Assembly: GCA_963721775.1 (NCBI GenBank)
Contig: CAVRMH010000038.1
Coordinates: 27,707-91,706 of the forward strand
Direction: 5' to 3'
Length of the DNA stretch: 64,000 bases
Origin: an uncultured Actinomycetota bacterium
GTDB lineage: Bacteria; Actinomycetota; Actinomycetes; Propionibacteriales; Nocardioidaceae
The position numbers were made by a program, and so were the translations under genes. This document shows positions 29,698 to 42,434 of this stretch, piece after piece. Positions within the stretch are counted from its first letter, which is position 1. Every line of letters begins with the position of its first letter. The notes under the pieces are model-generated. The model was not told the DNA's origin. It saw only the letters and a program-made list of their open reading frames with translations, and did no database searches.

Positions 29698-30411
29698 ATG
29701 TCCGACGTCTCGCCGCGGTTCCCACGACCGCTGCAACGCACCCGGCTCTACGAGCAGGTCGCCGAGCAGATCTCGACGTGGATCCGGGACAACGGCCTGC
29801 GCGCCGGTGACCGCCTTCCGCCCGAGCGCGAGCTCGCCACCCGCCTCGGCGTCAGCCGCGCCACGCTCAGCCAGGCGCTGGTCGCGCTCGAGGTCGTCGG
29901 CGTCGTCGCGGTCCGCCACGGCGACGGCACGGTGCTCACCGACCAGCTCGGGTCGAAGCGGATCATCGACGCCATCCGCGCCCACGCCGACCGGATGCCC
30001 GAGGTCATCGAGGCCCGCGACGCGCTCGAGACCAAGCTCGCCGCGCTCGCCGCGCTGCGCCGTACCGACGCGGACGTCGCCGCCATCAACGCCTCGCTCG
30101 AGCGGATGGAGCGGGACATCGAGGCCGGCGGCCGTGGCGTCGACGGCGACGAGCTCTTCCACGGCGCGGTCACCGCGGCCGCCTACTCCCCGCTGCTGGC
30201 CCAGATGATGGCCACCATCCGCGAGCTCATCGTCGAGACCCGGATCGAGTCGCTCTCGCAGCCCGGCCGGCCGCGCGACTCCCTGGCCGGGCACCGCAAG
30301 GTCGCCGACGCGATCATCGCCGGCGACCCCGACGCCGCCGCGGCGGCGATGCACGAGCACGTCGTGATGGTCAGCGACGTCGCCCTGCTGCGCGAGCGCC
30401 CGGCCGAGTGA
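29698..30411 (+). CDS. GntR/FadR family regulator (FCD domain)
   Basis: GDRLPPERELATRLGVSR, R.ALE, DELFH, H..VADAI..GD. Confidence 0.92.
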   Translation: MSDVSPRFPRPLQRTRLYEQVAEQISTWIRDNGLRAGDRLPPERELATRLGVSRATLSQALVALEVVGVVAVRHGDGTVLTDQLGSKRIIDAIRAHADRMPEVIEARDALETKLAALAALRRTDADVAAINASLERMERDIEAGGRGVDGDELFHGAVTAAAYSPLLAQMMATIRELIVETRIESLSQPGRPRDSLAGHRKVADAIIAGDPDAAAAAMHEHVVMVSDVALLRERPAE

Positions 30412-31172
30412 CGGGACTCGAGCAGCTCGCCGTCCTCGCGGCCGGGCTCGGCGCCGGCATCCTGACCACGACCGTCGGGGTCGCGTCCCTGCTCAGCTTC
30501 CCGGTGCTGGTGGCGATCGGCATCCCGCCGGTGGTCGCCAACGCCTCCAACACCGTGGGGCTGATCCCGGCCGGGCTCAGCGGGTCCTTCGGCTACCGCG
30601 AGGAGCTCCGCGAGCATCCCCGGGTCACCGCCACCGTGATCCTCACCTGCGCCGCCGGGGCGGTCCTCGGCGCGGCGCTGCTGCTCGGGCTGGACCCGTC
30701 GGTGTTCGAGGCGATCGTGCCCTGGCTGATCCTGTTCACCTGCCTGCTGGTCGGCGCGCAGCCGTGGATCTCCCGCTGGCTGCGCCGCCACCACGACGCC
30801 GCGCACCCACCGGCACCGCGCGAGACGATGTCGCCGACGACGACGTTCTTCGCCGCGCTGACCGGTGTGTACGGCGGCTACTTCGGCGCCGGCTCCGGCG
30901 TGATGATGGTGGCCGTCCTGGCCCTCGGTCTCGACCTCGAGCTGCGCATCATCAACGCGCTCAAGACCCTGGCCGTCCTCTCCGGCAACGTCGTCGCCGG
31001 GGTGATCTTCCTGTTCGCCGCCGAGCTGGACTGGCGGGCCATCGTGCTGCTCGCCGTCGGCTCGGTCGTCGGCGGGTACGTCGGCGCGCGCATCGGCCGC
31101 AGGCTGCCGCCCACGCTGTTCCGGGTGCTGGTCGTGGCCGCGGGCATCACCGCCGCCGTCGCCATGCTCTGA
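30408..31172 (+). CDS. TauE/SafE (TSUP) family transporter
   Basis: PPVVANASNTVG, GVYGGYFGAGSG, GGYVGARIGRRLP. Confidence 0.88.
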   Translation: MTGLEQLAVLAAGLGAGILTTTVGVASLLSFPVLVAIGIPPVVANASNTVGLIPAGLSGSFGYREELREHPRVTATVILTCAAGAVLGAALLLGLDPSVFEAIVPWLILFTCLLVGAQPWISRWLRRHHDAAHPPAPRETMSPTTTFFAALTGVYGGYFGAGSGVMMVAVLALGLDLELRIINALKTLAVLSGNVVAGVIFLFAAELDWRAIVLLAVGSVVGGYVGARIGRRLPPTLFRVLVVAAGITAAVAML

Positions 31173-31185
31173 GCGGGCGGTCGGG

Positions 31186-31828
31186 TCAGGCGGGCACGGG
31201 CTGGTCGTCGTCGCGCGGACCGAACACCGGCAGCTCGTCGAGCTGGTCGGCGGTCAGCGCCGGGCTCCCCCATGCCTGCATCTGGGTGCGCGAGCGCCGG
31301 GAGAACAGCGCCCGGAACAGCTCGTAGCGGCCCACCTCGACGACCGGACCGCCGCTCCCCCACGTGTCCTCGCCGGACCGGACCGTGGCCGGCACCTCGG
31401 CCAGGCGGTACGGCGCGACACCGGCGAGCACCGGCTCCCAGAGGTGCTCGGCCAGCACCGGCAGGCCGAGCGCCTCGTGCACGTCGGCGAGGTGGACGCT
31501 GAGGTTCCAGACGATCGCCGGGCGGGGGTTGTCCTCGGTCGAGGCCACGATCGCCGACCCGGGTCGCGTGCAGCTCGGCCACCAGGTCGGCGAGGGCCGC
31601 GTCCTCCCGCTCGGCGACGTGCCGGGCGGTCCACGCGCTGCCCGGGGCTCCGTCCATCCGCCCGCTGGTCGCGTCGGCGGCGCCGCCGGCGAGATGGGCG
31701 ATCACCTGGCGCACGGTCCACTCCGGCGTCGCCGGGACGACGGTCGCCAGCTGCTCGGAGCTGAGCTCACCGGTCAGCCGCCCGACCTCGTCCAGCCCCG
31801 CGTCGTACAGGTCCCCCATCTCGCTCAT
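31186..31828 (-). CDS. Mycothiol-dependent maleylpyruvate isomerase N-terminal (DinB superfamily) protein; frameshift near 31560
   Basis: VPATPEWTVRQVIAHL, HLADVHEALG, ELFRALFSRRS. Confidence 0.78.
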
Positions 31829-31940
31829 CGCCCGGCTCCTTCCGCCGGAAGCGAGGCTACTCCGCGCAGGCTCCGAACATCTCGAAGCCGCCGGGCAGGC
31901 TCACGGCGCCTGAAGGGGCAGACTCGTCCGCCCAGGACGC

Positions 31941-33350
31941 TCACGGCGCCGCAGGGGCCACGGACGTGCCGCCTCGAGCTGGGCGGCGAGCCGGATCAGG
32001 GTGGTCTCGCCGTCGGTCCGGCCGACCAGCTGGACCGCGGTCGGCAGACCGTCGGCGGCGATCCCGCACGGCACCGAGGCGGCGGGGTTGCCGGCGACGT
32101 TCCACAGCGGCGGCGTACGCGATGGCCGGCAGCGACCGGAGCGAGGAGCGCACGGTGCCGACGCCGTCGAGGATGCCGGTGTGCGGCGGCCGGATGGCCA
32201 GCGTCGGCGTGAGGAGTACGTCGCACTCCGCGAAGACCCGGTTCGCGCGGGCGGAGACCTTCTCGGTCTGCCCCAGCGCCCACCGGATGACTCCCGGACG
32301 GACCCAGGCGCCCATGCGGTAGGTCTGGCGGGTACGTCGCTCGAGCCGCTCGAAGTGCTCCACCAGCGTCGGACTCGGTGCGGATGCCGGCGAAGAACTG
32401 GGGGACGAAGGCCAGCGTCGTGTCGGGGTAGTGCGGGTCGACCTCCACCACGTCGTGGCCCAGGTCGGCCAGCAGGCCGGCGGTCTCGTGGACGGCGGCG
32501 ACGTGGACCGGGTCGGGCTTCACGCCTCGGGTCGGCGAGGTCGTCGACCAGCCGATCCGCAGCCGGCCCGGGGACTGCCCGGCGGCCTCGACGAAGGACC
32601 CGGTCGGCCCGGCGCGGTAGAGGTCGGTGTCGACGTTCCCGCGGATCACGTCGTAGACGATGGCGCTGTCCAGCACGCTGCGGGCCAGCGGCCCGGCGGT
32701 GCCGAGCGCCCACCACAGGTGCTCGGTCGGGGCGGTGGTGACCCGGCCGCGCTGCGGCTTGAGGCCGAACAGCCCGCAGCACGCGGAGGGGACCCGGATC
32801 GAGCCGCCCCCGTCGCCGCCGAGGCCCGACCGGGACCATGCCGGTGGCGACCGCGACCGCCGTACCCCCGCTGGAGCCGCCCGGCGAGCGCGCGGTGTCC
32901 CAGGGGTTGCGGGTGATCCCGCGCGAGACGGACTCGGTGAACGGGAAGGCGCCGAACTCCGGCATCGTCGTCTTGCCGACGACGACCGCGCCGGCCGCGC
33001 GCAGCCGGCGTACGACCTCGGCGTCGGCGGCCACCGGCGTGCTGTTGGCGTCGCCGCCGAACGTCGTGACGCACCCGGCGACGTCGATCTCCTCCTTGAT
33101 CGCCACGGGCACGCCGTGCAGCGGGCCGGGGGTCTCCCCCGCGGCCAGCGCCCGGTCCCGCTCGGCGGCCTCGGCCCGGGCCTCGTCGGCGAGCACCCGG
33201 GAGAACGCGTTGAGGCCGGGGTCGCGCTCGGCGATCCGGGCCAGGGACGCCTCCAGCACGGCGGCCGCGGTCACCGTGCCGGAGGTGGTGAGCCGGACGG
33301 TCTCCGCCACCCCGGCCGTGGTCAGGTCGGCGGGCCTGCCCGGCGCCCAT
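31941..33350 (-). CDS. Amidase signature family enzyme; several frameshifts
   Basis: [61 protein letters not shown]. Confidence 0.88.
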
Positions 33351-33351
33351 G

Positions 33352-36300
33352 TCAGCCCGTCGCCAGCAGGCCGCGGACGACCCGCAGACCGACCGAGAGC
33401 CGGGCCAGGTCGGCCTCGTCGTCGGCGCAGATCTCCTCGAGCGTGGCGACCGCACGGGTCACCACCACCTCGTCGTCCTCCTCCCAGGCAGCGATCCGGA
33501 CCGGTGCCGGGTCGTCGCGAGGAGGTGCCGGCGAGCACCTGCGAGGTGAGCTGGGCGTGGACGGCGTGCAGGTCGTCGCGGAGCGCCGCCCGGGCCATCG
33601 TCTGCCAGCGGTCGTCGCGGGGCAGGGCGAGGATCCGGGCCACCAGCAACGGGAGCCCGAGCCGCTCGCCGAGCGCGAAGTGGACCCGCGCCACCTCGAG
33701 CGGGTCGATCTCCTCGCGCGCGGCGGTCTCGACGACCGAGAGCACCATGTACGACGGCGGCAGCACCGCCACCCGGGTGGCCAGGTCCTCGGGCACCGAG
33801 GCGGCGACCAGCGCGTCGCGGCGCTGCTCGAAGGCGGCCAGCTCGCGCCCGGTCATCAGCGTCGGCAGCTCGGCCATCACCTTGCGCGCGGTCACCCCGA
33901 AGAAGTCGACGGTGCCCTCGCTGTCGATCGGCGGGCGGCGGTTGGTGACCAGCCAGCGGGAGGCACGCTCGACCAGGGTCCGCATCTCGATCCGCATCTT
34001 GGTCTGCACGGACGCCGGCATCTTGTTGTCGTACGACGCCAGCTCCTCGCCGCAGCTCGAGCGACCCGAAGATCTCCCGGGCCACGAAGTTGGCGCGCAC
34101 CAGCTCGGCCGCGGTCGCGCCGGTCTCCCCGGCCAGCCGCGGCCAGTACGTCATGCCGGCACCGTTGACCAGGTCGTTGACCACCTGGGTCACGATGATC
34201 TCGCGGCGCAGCGGGTGCGCCTCCATCTGGGCGCGGTAGCCCTGCCGCATCTTCGTCGGGAAGTAGGCGAACAGGTCGGTGCGCAGGAACGGGTCGTCGG
34301 GCAGGTCCGAGGCGAGCAGCTCGTCGGCCAGCACGATCTTGGTCCAGGCGAGCAGCACGGACAGCTCCGGGACGGTGAGCGAGCCGTCGCGCTCGAGCCG
34401 GCGGCGTACCTCCCGGGAGGTCGGCAGCGCCTCGAGCTCGCGGCTGAGCACGCCGTCGCGCTCGAGCTTCTTCATCCAGTCCTCGTGCACGTGCAGCAGG
34501 CCGGAGGCGTTGGCGGCGGCGTTGGCCAGGGCGAGGTTCTGCTCGTAGTTGTCGCGCAGCACCAGCGTGGCGACCTCGTCGGTCATCGAGGCCAGCAGCT
34601 CGTTGCGCTGCTTGCCGGTGAGGTCGCCGTCGACGACCACCCGGTCCAGCAGGATCTTGATGTTGACCTCGTGGTCGGAGGTGTCCACACCGGCGGAGTT
34701 GTCGATGAAGTCGGTGTTGAGGCGGCCGCCGCTGGTGGCGTACTCGATGCGGCCGCGCTGGGTGAGGCCGAGGTTGCCGCCCTCGCCCACGCACTTGACC
34801 CGCAGGTCCTCACCGTTGACCCGGATCGCGTCGTTGGCCTTGTCGCCGGCCTCGGCATGGGTCTCCCCGCGGGACTTGACGTAGGTGCCGATGCCGCCGT
34901 TCCAGAGCAGGTCGACGGGCGCCTGCAGGATCGCCTTCATCAGCTCGGCCGGGGTCATCGAGGTGATCGAGGCGTCGATGTCGAGGGCGGCCACGATCTG
35001 CGGGGTGAGCGGGATCGACTTGAGGCTGCGCGGGAAGATGCCGCCGCCCTCCGAGATCAGGCTCTTGTCGTAGTCCTGCCACGAGGAGCGGGGCAGCCCG
35101 AAGAGCCGCTTGCGCTCGGCGAACGACGACGCCGCGTCCGGGGTCGGGTCGACGAAGATGTCGCGGTGGTCGAACGCCGCGACCAGACGGGTGTGCTCGG
35201 AGCAGAGCAGGCCGTTGCCGAACACGTCGCCGGACATGTCGCCGATGCCGACGCAGGTGTGGTCCTCGGTCTGGCAGTCCACGCCCATCTCGCGGAAGTG
35301 CCGCTGCACCGAGACCCAGGCGCCGCGGGCGGTGATGCCCATCGCCTTGTGGTCGTAGCCCACCGAGCCGCCCGAGGCGAACGCGTCGCCCAGCCAGAAG
35401 CCGTAGTCCTTGGCCACGCCGTTGGCGATGTCGGAGAACGTCGCGGTGCCCTTGTCGGCGGCGACCACGAGGTAGGCGTCGTCGCCGTCGTGGCGTACGA
35501 CGTCGCGCGGCGGCACCGTCTGGCCGCCGACCAGGTTGTCGGTGATGTCGAGGAGGCCGGAGATGAAGGTCTTGTAGCAGGCCACGCCCTCGGCCAGCCA
35601 CGCGTCGCGGTCGGAGGGGTCCGGGAGGTTCTTCGCGAAGAAGCCGCCCTTGGAGCCGACCGGCACGATCACCGTGTTCTTGACCATCTGCGCCTTGACC
35701 AGCCCCAGCACCTCGGTGCGGAAGTCGTCGCGGCGGTCGGACCAGCGCAGCCCGCCACGCGCCACGGGCCCGAAGCGGAGGTGCACGCCCTCGACCCGCG
35801 GCGAGTACACGAAGATCTCGTACTTCGGCCGCGGCTCGGGGAGCTCGGGGATCGCGGACGGCTCCAGCTTGAAGGAGATGTAGGACTTCGCGCGGGCCTC
35901 GGCGTCGGACTGGAAGTAGTTGGTGCGCAGCGTGGCCCGGATGTGGGTCAGGTAGGAGCGCAGGATGCGGTCGTGGTCGAGGCTGGCCACGTCGTCGAGG
36001 GCGCGGGCCAGCCGGCCCTCGATCTCGTCGACCTTGGCGACCCGCGCCTCCGCGTCGAACGCGAGCGGCTCGCGCCCGGGCGCGAACCGGGACTCGAACA
36101 GCTGTACCAGCAGCCGGGTGATGTCGACGTTGTTGCGGAGGGCGTCCTCGATGTAGTCCTGCGCGAACGGCGTACCGCCCTGGCGCATGTACTTCGCGTA
36201 GGCGCGCAGCACGGTGGCCTGGCGCCAGGTCAGCCCGGCGCCGAGCACGAGAGCGTTGAAGCCGTCGATCTCGTTGTGCCCGTTCCACACCGCGTGCAGG

Positions 36301-38220
36301 GCGTCCTGGAACAGGTCCCGCGCACCCGCTGGCAGCGACCGGCCGTAGCGCAGCCCGAACTCGTAGATGAAGGACTGCCGGGGCAGGCCCTCGAGCTGGT
36401 AGGGCCGCTCGTCGACGACCTCCACACCCATCGAGCTCAGCATCGGCAGCACCTGGCTGAGCGAGAGCGGCGAGCCGATCCGGAACACCTTGAGCCGGGC
36501 CTCGCCGCGGCCGGCGTCGACCTGCTCGTACATCGACAGATCGAGGCCCTCCTCGCCCGCAATCGCCTCCAGCCGGCCGAGGTCGACCGAGGCGGTCCGG
36601 GCGGTGAAGTCCTCCTTGTAGGCCTCCGGGAACGACTCGACGTACGTCCGGCCCAGCCGCGAGCCGGCCTCCTCGCCGTACTCCGCGGTGACCGCGGTGA
36701 TGAAGTCGTCCTGCCACGAGCGGGCGGCGTCGATGAGCCGGCGCTCGAGGTCGGAGACGTCGACGTCGCCGATCAGCTCGCCCCGGGGCGGGCGTACGAC
36801 GAAGTGCAGGCGGGCCATGTTGGACTCGCTGACCCGGGCGGTGAACTCCACCGACTCACCGCCGAGGCGGCGCTTGAGGATCTCCGAGATCCGCTCGCGG
36901 ACCGTGGTGTTGTAGCGGTCGCGCGGGAGGTAGACCAGGCACGAGAGGAAGCGGCCGTAGGTGTCGCGGCGCACGAAGAGCCGCAGCTGGCGGCGCTCGC
37001 GGGTGTACATGACGGCCTCGGCGATCGGGGCCAGCTCCTCGACGGGGGTCTGGAAGAGCTCGTCGCGGGGGTAGTTCTCCAGGGTGTCCATGAGCGCCTT
37101 GCCCGCGTGGCTGTGCGGGTCGAAGCCGACCCGGGCCATCACCTCGCGGACCTTCTCCCGCAGCATCGGGATCCGGTTCACCGACTCGGTGTAGGCGGCG
37201 CTGGAGAACAGGCCGAGGAAGCGGCGCTCGCCGACGACGTCGCCGGCCTCGTCGAAGGTCTTGACGCCGACGTAGTCGAGGTACGCCGGGCGGTGCACGG
37301 TGGCGCGGGAGTTCGCCTTGGCCAGCACCAGCAGCTTCTTCTCGCGGGCCTTGGCCTTGACCAGCTCCGGGAGCTTCCCGAAGGAGGCGGACATGTCCTG
37401 GTCGGCGCGCAGGATGCCGAGGCCGGTCCCCGGGATCGCCCGCAGGATGTCGTCGTCCCCCTGGCGCTCGAGGCGGTACTCGCGGCAGCCGAGGAAGGTG
37501 AAGTGGTTGTCGGCCAGCCACTCCAGCAGGGCGCGGCCCTGGGCGATCTCCTCCGCGGGCAGCGGCGGCGGGTCGCTCTCGAGCTCCTCGACGATGGCCA
37601 GCACCTGGGCGTGCATCCGCTCCCAGTCCTCGACCGCCTCGCGGACGTCGCGCAGGACGCTCTGCAGGGCGGACTCGATCGCCGTGACGTCCTCGTCCTC
37701 GGGGATCCGGTCGATCTCGACGTGCATCCACGACTCGCGGATCACGTTCGTCGGCGGTGTGGGCGGTCCCCTCGTCGGCGGCCCGCACGGACTGGAGGTT
37801 GCCGGTGATGTCCCGGGTGACCTCGAACTGCGGGTGGACGATCACGTGGATGTTGCGCTGCTGGTTGGACAGCTCCATCGTGATCGAGTCGACCAGGAAC
37901 GGCATGTCGTCGGTGACCACCTCGACGACCGAGTGCGCGTTGGCGGACCAGCCGTGCTCGGAGACGGTCGGGGTGAACACCCGGACCCGCGCGGTGCCCT
38001 GCGGACGGTTGGTCGCCAGCTTGTAGTGGTTGGCCAGCGCACCGTAGAGGTCGACGTCGGTGCGGTCGCACACGTCCTCGGGCGCGACGTGGCGGTAGTA
38101 GGCCTTGAGCAGTCCCGAGACGACCTCGGTGGGCGGCCCACCGGTGCCCCTGCGATGCACGGCCAGGTCGATGGCCCGGGTGATCAGCTCGGCCTTGTTG
38201 TCATCGAGGGTGTTCGACAC
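33352..38220 (-). CDS. gdh: Large NAD-specific glutamate dehydrogenase; frameshifts near 37745, 34050 and 33515
   Basis: [68 protein letters not shown]. Confidence 0.95.
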
Positions 38221-38294
38221 AACCCGACACTATGGCCGGGGATGTGACCGGGACAACTCGCCCCCGGACCGGCGCGGCGTACCCGTCTCACCGG

Positions 38295-39080
38295 TCAGAG
38301 GAGCGAGCGCAGCTCCCACAGCAGGGGGTAGTAGCGCAGCGGCAGCCGGCTGGCCAGGTAGGCGGCCCCGGTGGAGCCCCCGGTGCCGGTCTTCGAGCCG
38401 ATCATCCGCTCCACCATGACGACGTGCCGGGCCCGCCAGGCGGCGGCCAGCTCGTCGTGCTGGAGCAGGGCCTCGGCCAGCGCCCAGACCTCGGGGTACG
38501 ACGAGCGGTCGTGGGCCACGGTGTGCAGCGAGGTGCGGATCTCGTCGTCGTCACCGGCGGCCAGCCCCTGGTCGACGAGCAGCTGGCAGAACGCGTCCCA
38601 CAGGGTCGGCTCGGCCAGCCGCTGGGCCAGCCGCGCCTTCTCGGCGTCGGTGAGCCCGCGGAAGCGGTCGACGTACGCCGGGTCCTTGGCGCCGCTGAGG
38701 AACTCCAGCTCGCGGAACTGCACGGACTGGAAGCCGCTGGCCGGCGCGAGCCGCTGCCGGAACTCCAGGAAGTCCTGCGGGGTCATCGTCTCCAGCACGT
38801 CGATCTGCTGGACCAGGACCCGCTCGATCACGTGCATCCGGTTCAGCAGGTGCTGGGCCCACCACAGCTTGCCGTCGTACATCGCCTGCCGGGCGTTGCT
38901 CGCCTCGTGCAGCAGCTGCTGGAACCACAGCTCGTAGACCTGGTGGATGGTGATGAACAGCAGCTCGTCGTGCGCCGGCGGGTCGGACTCGAGGTGCTGC
39001 GCGTCGAGCAGCTGCGGCAGCCGCAGGTAGCTCCCGTAGGTCAGCTGCGCACCCTGCTCGCCGAAGTTCATGTCTCCCAT
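38295..39080 (-). CDS. kynA: Tryptophan 2,3-dioxygenase
   Basis: TYGSYLRL, HDELLFITIHQVYELWF, ASGFQS.QFR, VERMIGSKTGTGG. Confidence 0.95.
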   Translation of the reverse strand: MGDMNFGEQGAQLTYGSYLRLPQLLDAQHLESDPPAHDELLFITIHQVYELWFQQLLHEASNARQAMYDGKLWWAQHLLNRMHVIERVLVQQIDVLETMTPQDFLEFRQRLAPASGFQSVQFRELEFLSGAKDPAYVDRFRGLTDAEKARLAQRLAEPTLWDAFCQLLVDQGLAAGDDDEIRTSLHTVAHDRSSYPEVWALAEALLQHDELAAAWRARHVVMVERMIGSKTGTGGSTGAAYLASRLPLRYYPLLWELRSLL

Positions 39081-39178
39081 GGACCGGACCCTAGCCACCT
39101 CGGGGCGGTGGTGACACGGGCGGGCACTCACGCGGGTCGGGTGGGCCACCCCTGTGGGCATCGGACATGATGGCCGCC

Positions 39179-39656
39179 ATGAAGCGCATCGCCCACGACC
39201 TGACCTATCCGGGAGCGACCGTCGAGCAGGTGACGGCGATGCTCATGACGCCGGCGTTCCGCGAGGCCGTCTGCGATGCCCAGAAGGACGTCGTACGCCG
39301 CAGCGCCACCGTGACGGGCACACAAGGTGACGGTCGACCAGACGCAGTCCTCGGACCGGATCCCCGGCTTCGCCAAGAAGTTCGTCGGCGACGAGATCCG
39401 GATCCTGCAGACGGAGGACTGGACCGGCACCCACGGGAAGATCGAGGTCACCATCCCGGGCAAGCCCGGTCACATCAAGGGCACCGCCGAGGTGGCGAAG
39501 TCCGGCGACGGCGTCGTCGAGACGGTCGTTCTCGAGATCTCGGTCCACATCCCCTTCGTGGGGGGCAAGATCGAGGGACTCATCGGTGACAAGCTGCTGA
39601 GCTCGCTGCGCGCGGAGAACCGCGTCGGCCGCACCTGGCTGGAGGGACAGGCATGA
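39179..39656 (+). CDS. DUF2505 (START-like) protein, copy 1; frameshift near 39320
   Basis: IPGFAKKFVGD..Q.E.W, IPFVGGKIE, E.RVGR.WL. Confidence 0.8.
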
Positions 39657-40138
39657 AGTTCCACAAGGAGATCCGTTACGAGGGGCCGCTCGACGCGGTC
39701 TACGCGATGCTCGGCGACCCGGCCTTCCGCGAACGCGTGGCCACCCGGGCCGTCACCGCGTCGCACGAGGTGTCCGTGACGCCGAACGGCACCGACGGCT
39801 TCGCCTCGGTCGTCGAGACCGTGCAGTCCTCGCAGGGCATGCCCGGCATCGCCCGCAAGTTCCTCGGCGACGAGTACACCATCCGCCAGGAGGAGGTCTG
39901 GGCGAACCCCGACGAGGGCGCGCTCGACGTCACCATCCCCGGCACCCCCGGCGTGATCGGCGGCGTGGTCTCCCTGGCCGCCGACGGCGCCGCGACCGTC
40001 CAGACCGTCGACGTCGACATCGACGTCCACATGCCGCTGTTCGGCGGCAAGGTCGAGAAGTTCGTCGGCCAGGTGCTCGGCAACCTGCTCAAGCTGCAGG
40101 CCGAGGTCGGCAACGACTGGCTGTCCGGCAACCGCTAG
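39653..40138 (+). CDS. DUF2505 (START-like) protein, copy 2
   Basis: VYAMLGDPAFRE, MPGIARKFLG, PLFGGKVE, VGNDWL; ATGA overlap with copy 1. Confidence 0.82.
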   Translation: MKFHKEIRYEGPLDAVYAMLGDPAFRERVATRAVTASHEVSVTPNGTDGFASVVETVQSSQGMPGIARKFLGDEYTIRQEEVWANPDEGALDVTIPGTPGVIGGVVSLAADGAATVQTVDVDIDVHMPLFGGKVEKFVGQVLGNLLKLQAEVGNDWLSGNR

Positions 40139-40315
40139 GACTGCTCCTCGCCCTGCCGGCCTGCCTGTCGCCGCTGCTCGTGGGCGGCTCGTCGTCGGTG
40201 TCGCGCCGGCGGACGACGTACACGACGATCCCGAGCACCACGAACGGGCCGAACGCGATCAGCGCGACCAGCCACTGCTCGTAGGCGTGCAGCTCCCCCA
40301 GGTGGAGGGCTGTGG

Positions 40316-40319
<4 letters not shown>
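40135..40319 (-). CDS. Small single-TM membrane protein
   Basis: MTTALHLGELHAYEQWLVALIAFGPFVVLGIVVYVVRRRD; GTGA overlap with pruA. Confidence 0.65.
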
Positions 40320-41950
<1,631 letters not shown>

Positions 41951-41974
41951 GCGGGTGATGTTGTCACCCGGCGG

Positions 41975-42434
41975 TCAGCCTTGTCGAAAAGCCCTCCGCC
42001 TAGACCAGGTCGGGGATCTCCTGGGTGGCGAACCACGCCAGGTCGGCGTCGTCGTCGCCGTCCCCGCTCGGGCCGCCGCCTCCGTCACGAGGTCGTCCTC
42101 GGTGTCGACGTGCGCCGCGGCCACGGCCCGCCAGGTCACTCCCGCGGCCACCTCGACGACGGTCGGGTCGTCGCCCGGGACCGGCCGGGCGTCCGGGACG
42201 TCGGCGGCCACGACGTACCGCCGCGGGGCGTCACCCTCGCCACGGAGCGCCCGCGAGTCGTCGGCGGCGGCCATCAGGGCGGCGTACTCCCACTGCTCGT
42301 CGTCGCCGTCGGGCCACTCCGCGCGCAGGGAGTCGGTGACGGCATGGCCCCGCAGCGGCCCCGGCCAGCCCCGGTCGGCGACCAGGCCGGCGAGCACCGG
42401 TGGAGGTGGTGGGCAGGTAGACGCGGGTGCTCAT
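41975..42434 (-). CDS. DUF6912-like hypothetical protein; frameshifts
   Basis: MSTRVYLP, HAVT..LR, EQWEYAALMAAA, RRYVVAADV, LAWFATQEI. Confidence 0.65.

Noticed and set aside
31899-31950. 12-bp direct repeat GCTCACGGCGCC around the amidase stop read as a target-site duplication
   Set aside because: The copies are only 40 bp apart with no element between them, and a 12-mer match in ~73% GC DNA is weak evidence.
32838-37808. Very long antisense ORFs (1656 aa opposite gdh; also 2015-5239, 40331-43114, 56662-59760)
   Set aside because: These are stop-poor shadow frames expected opposite high-GC genes. They have no recognisable motifs.
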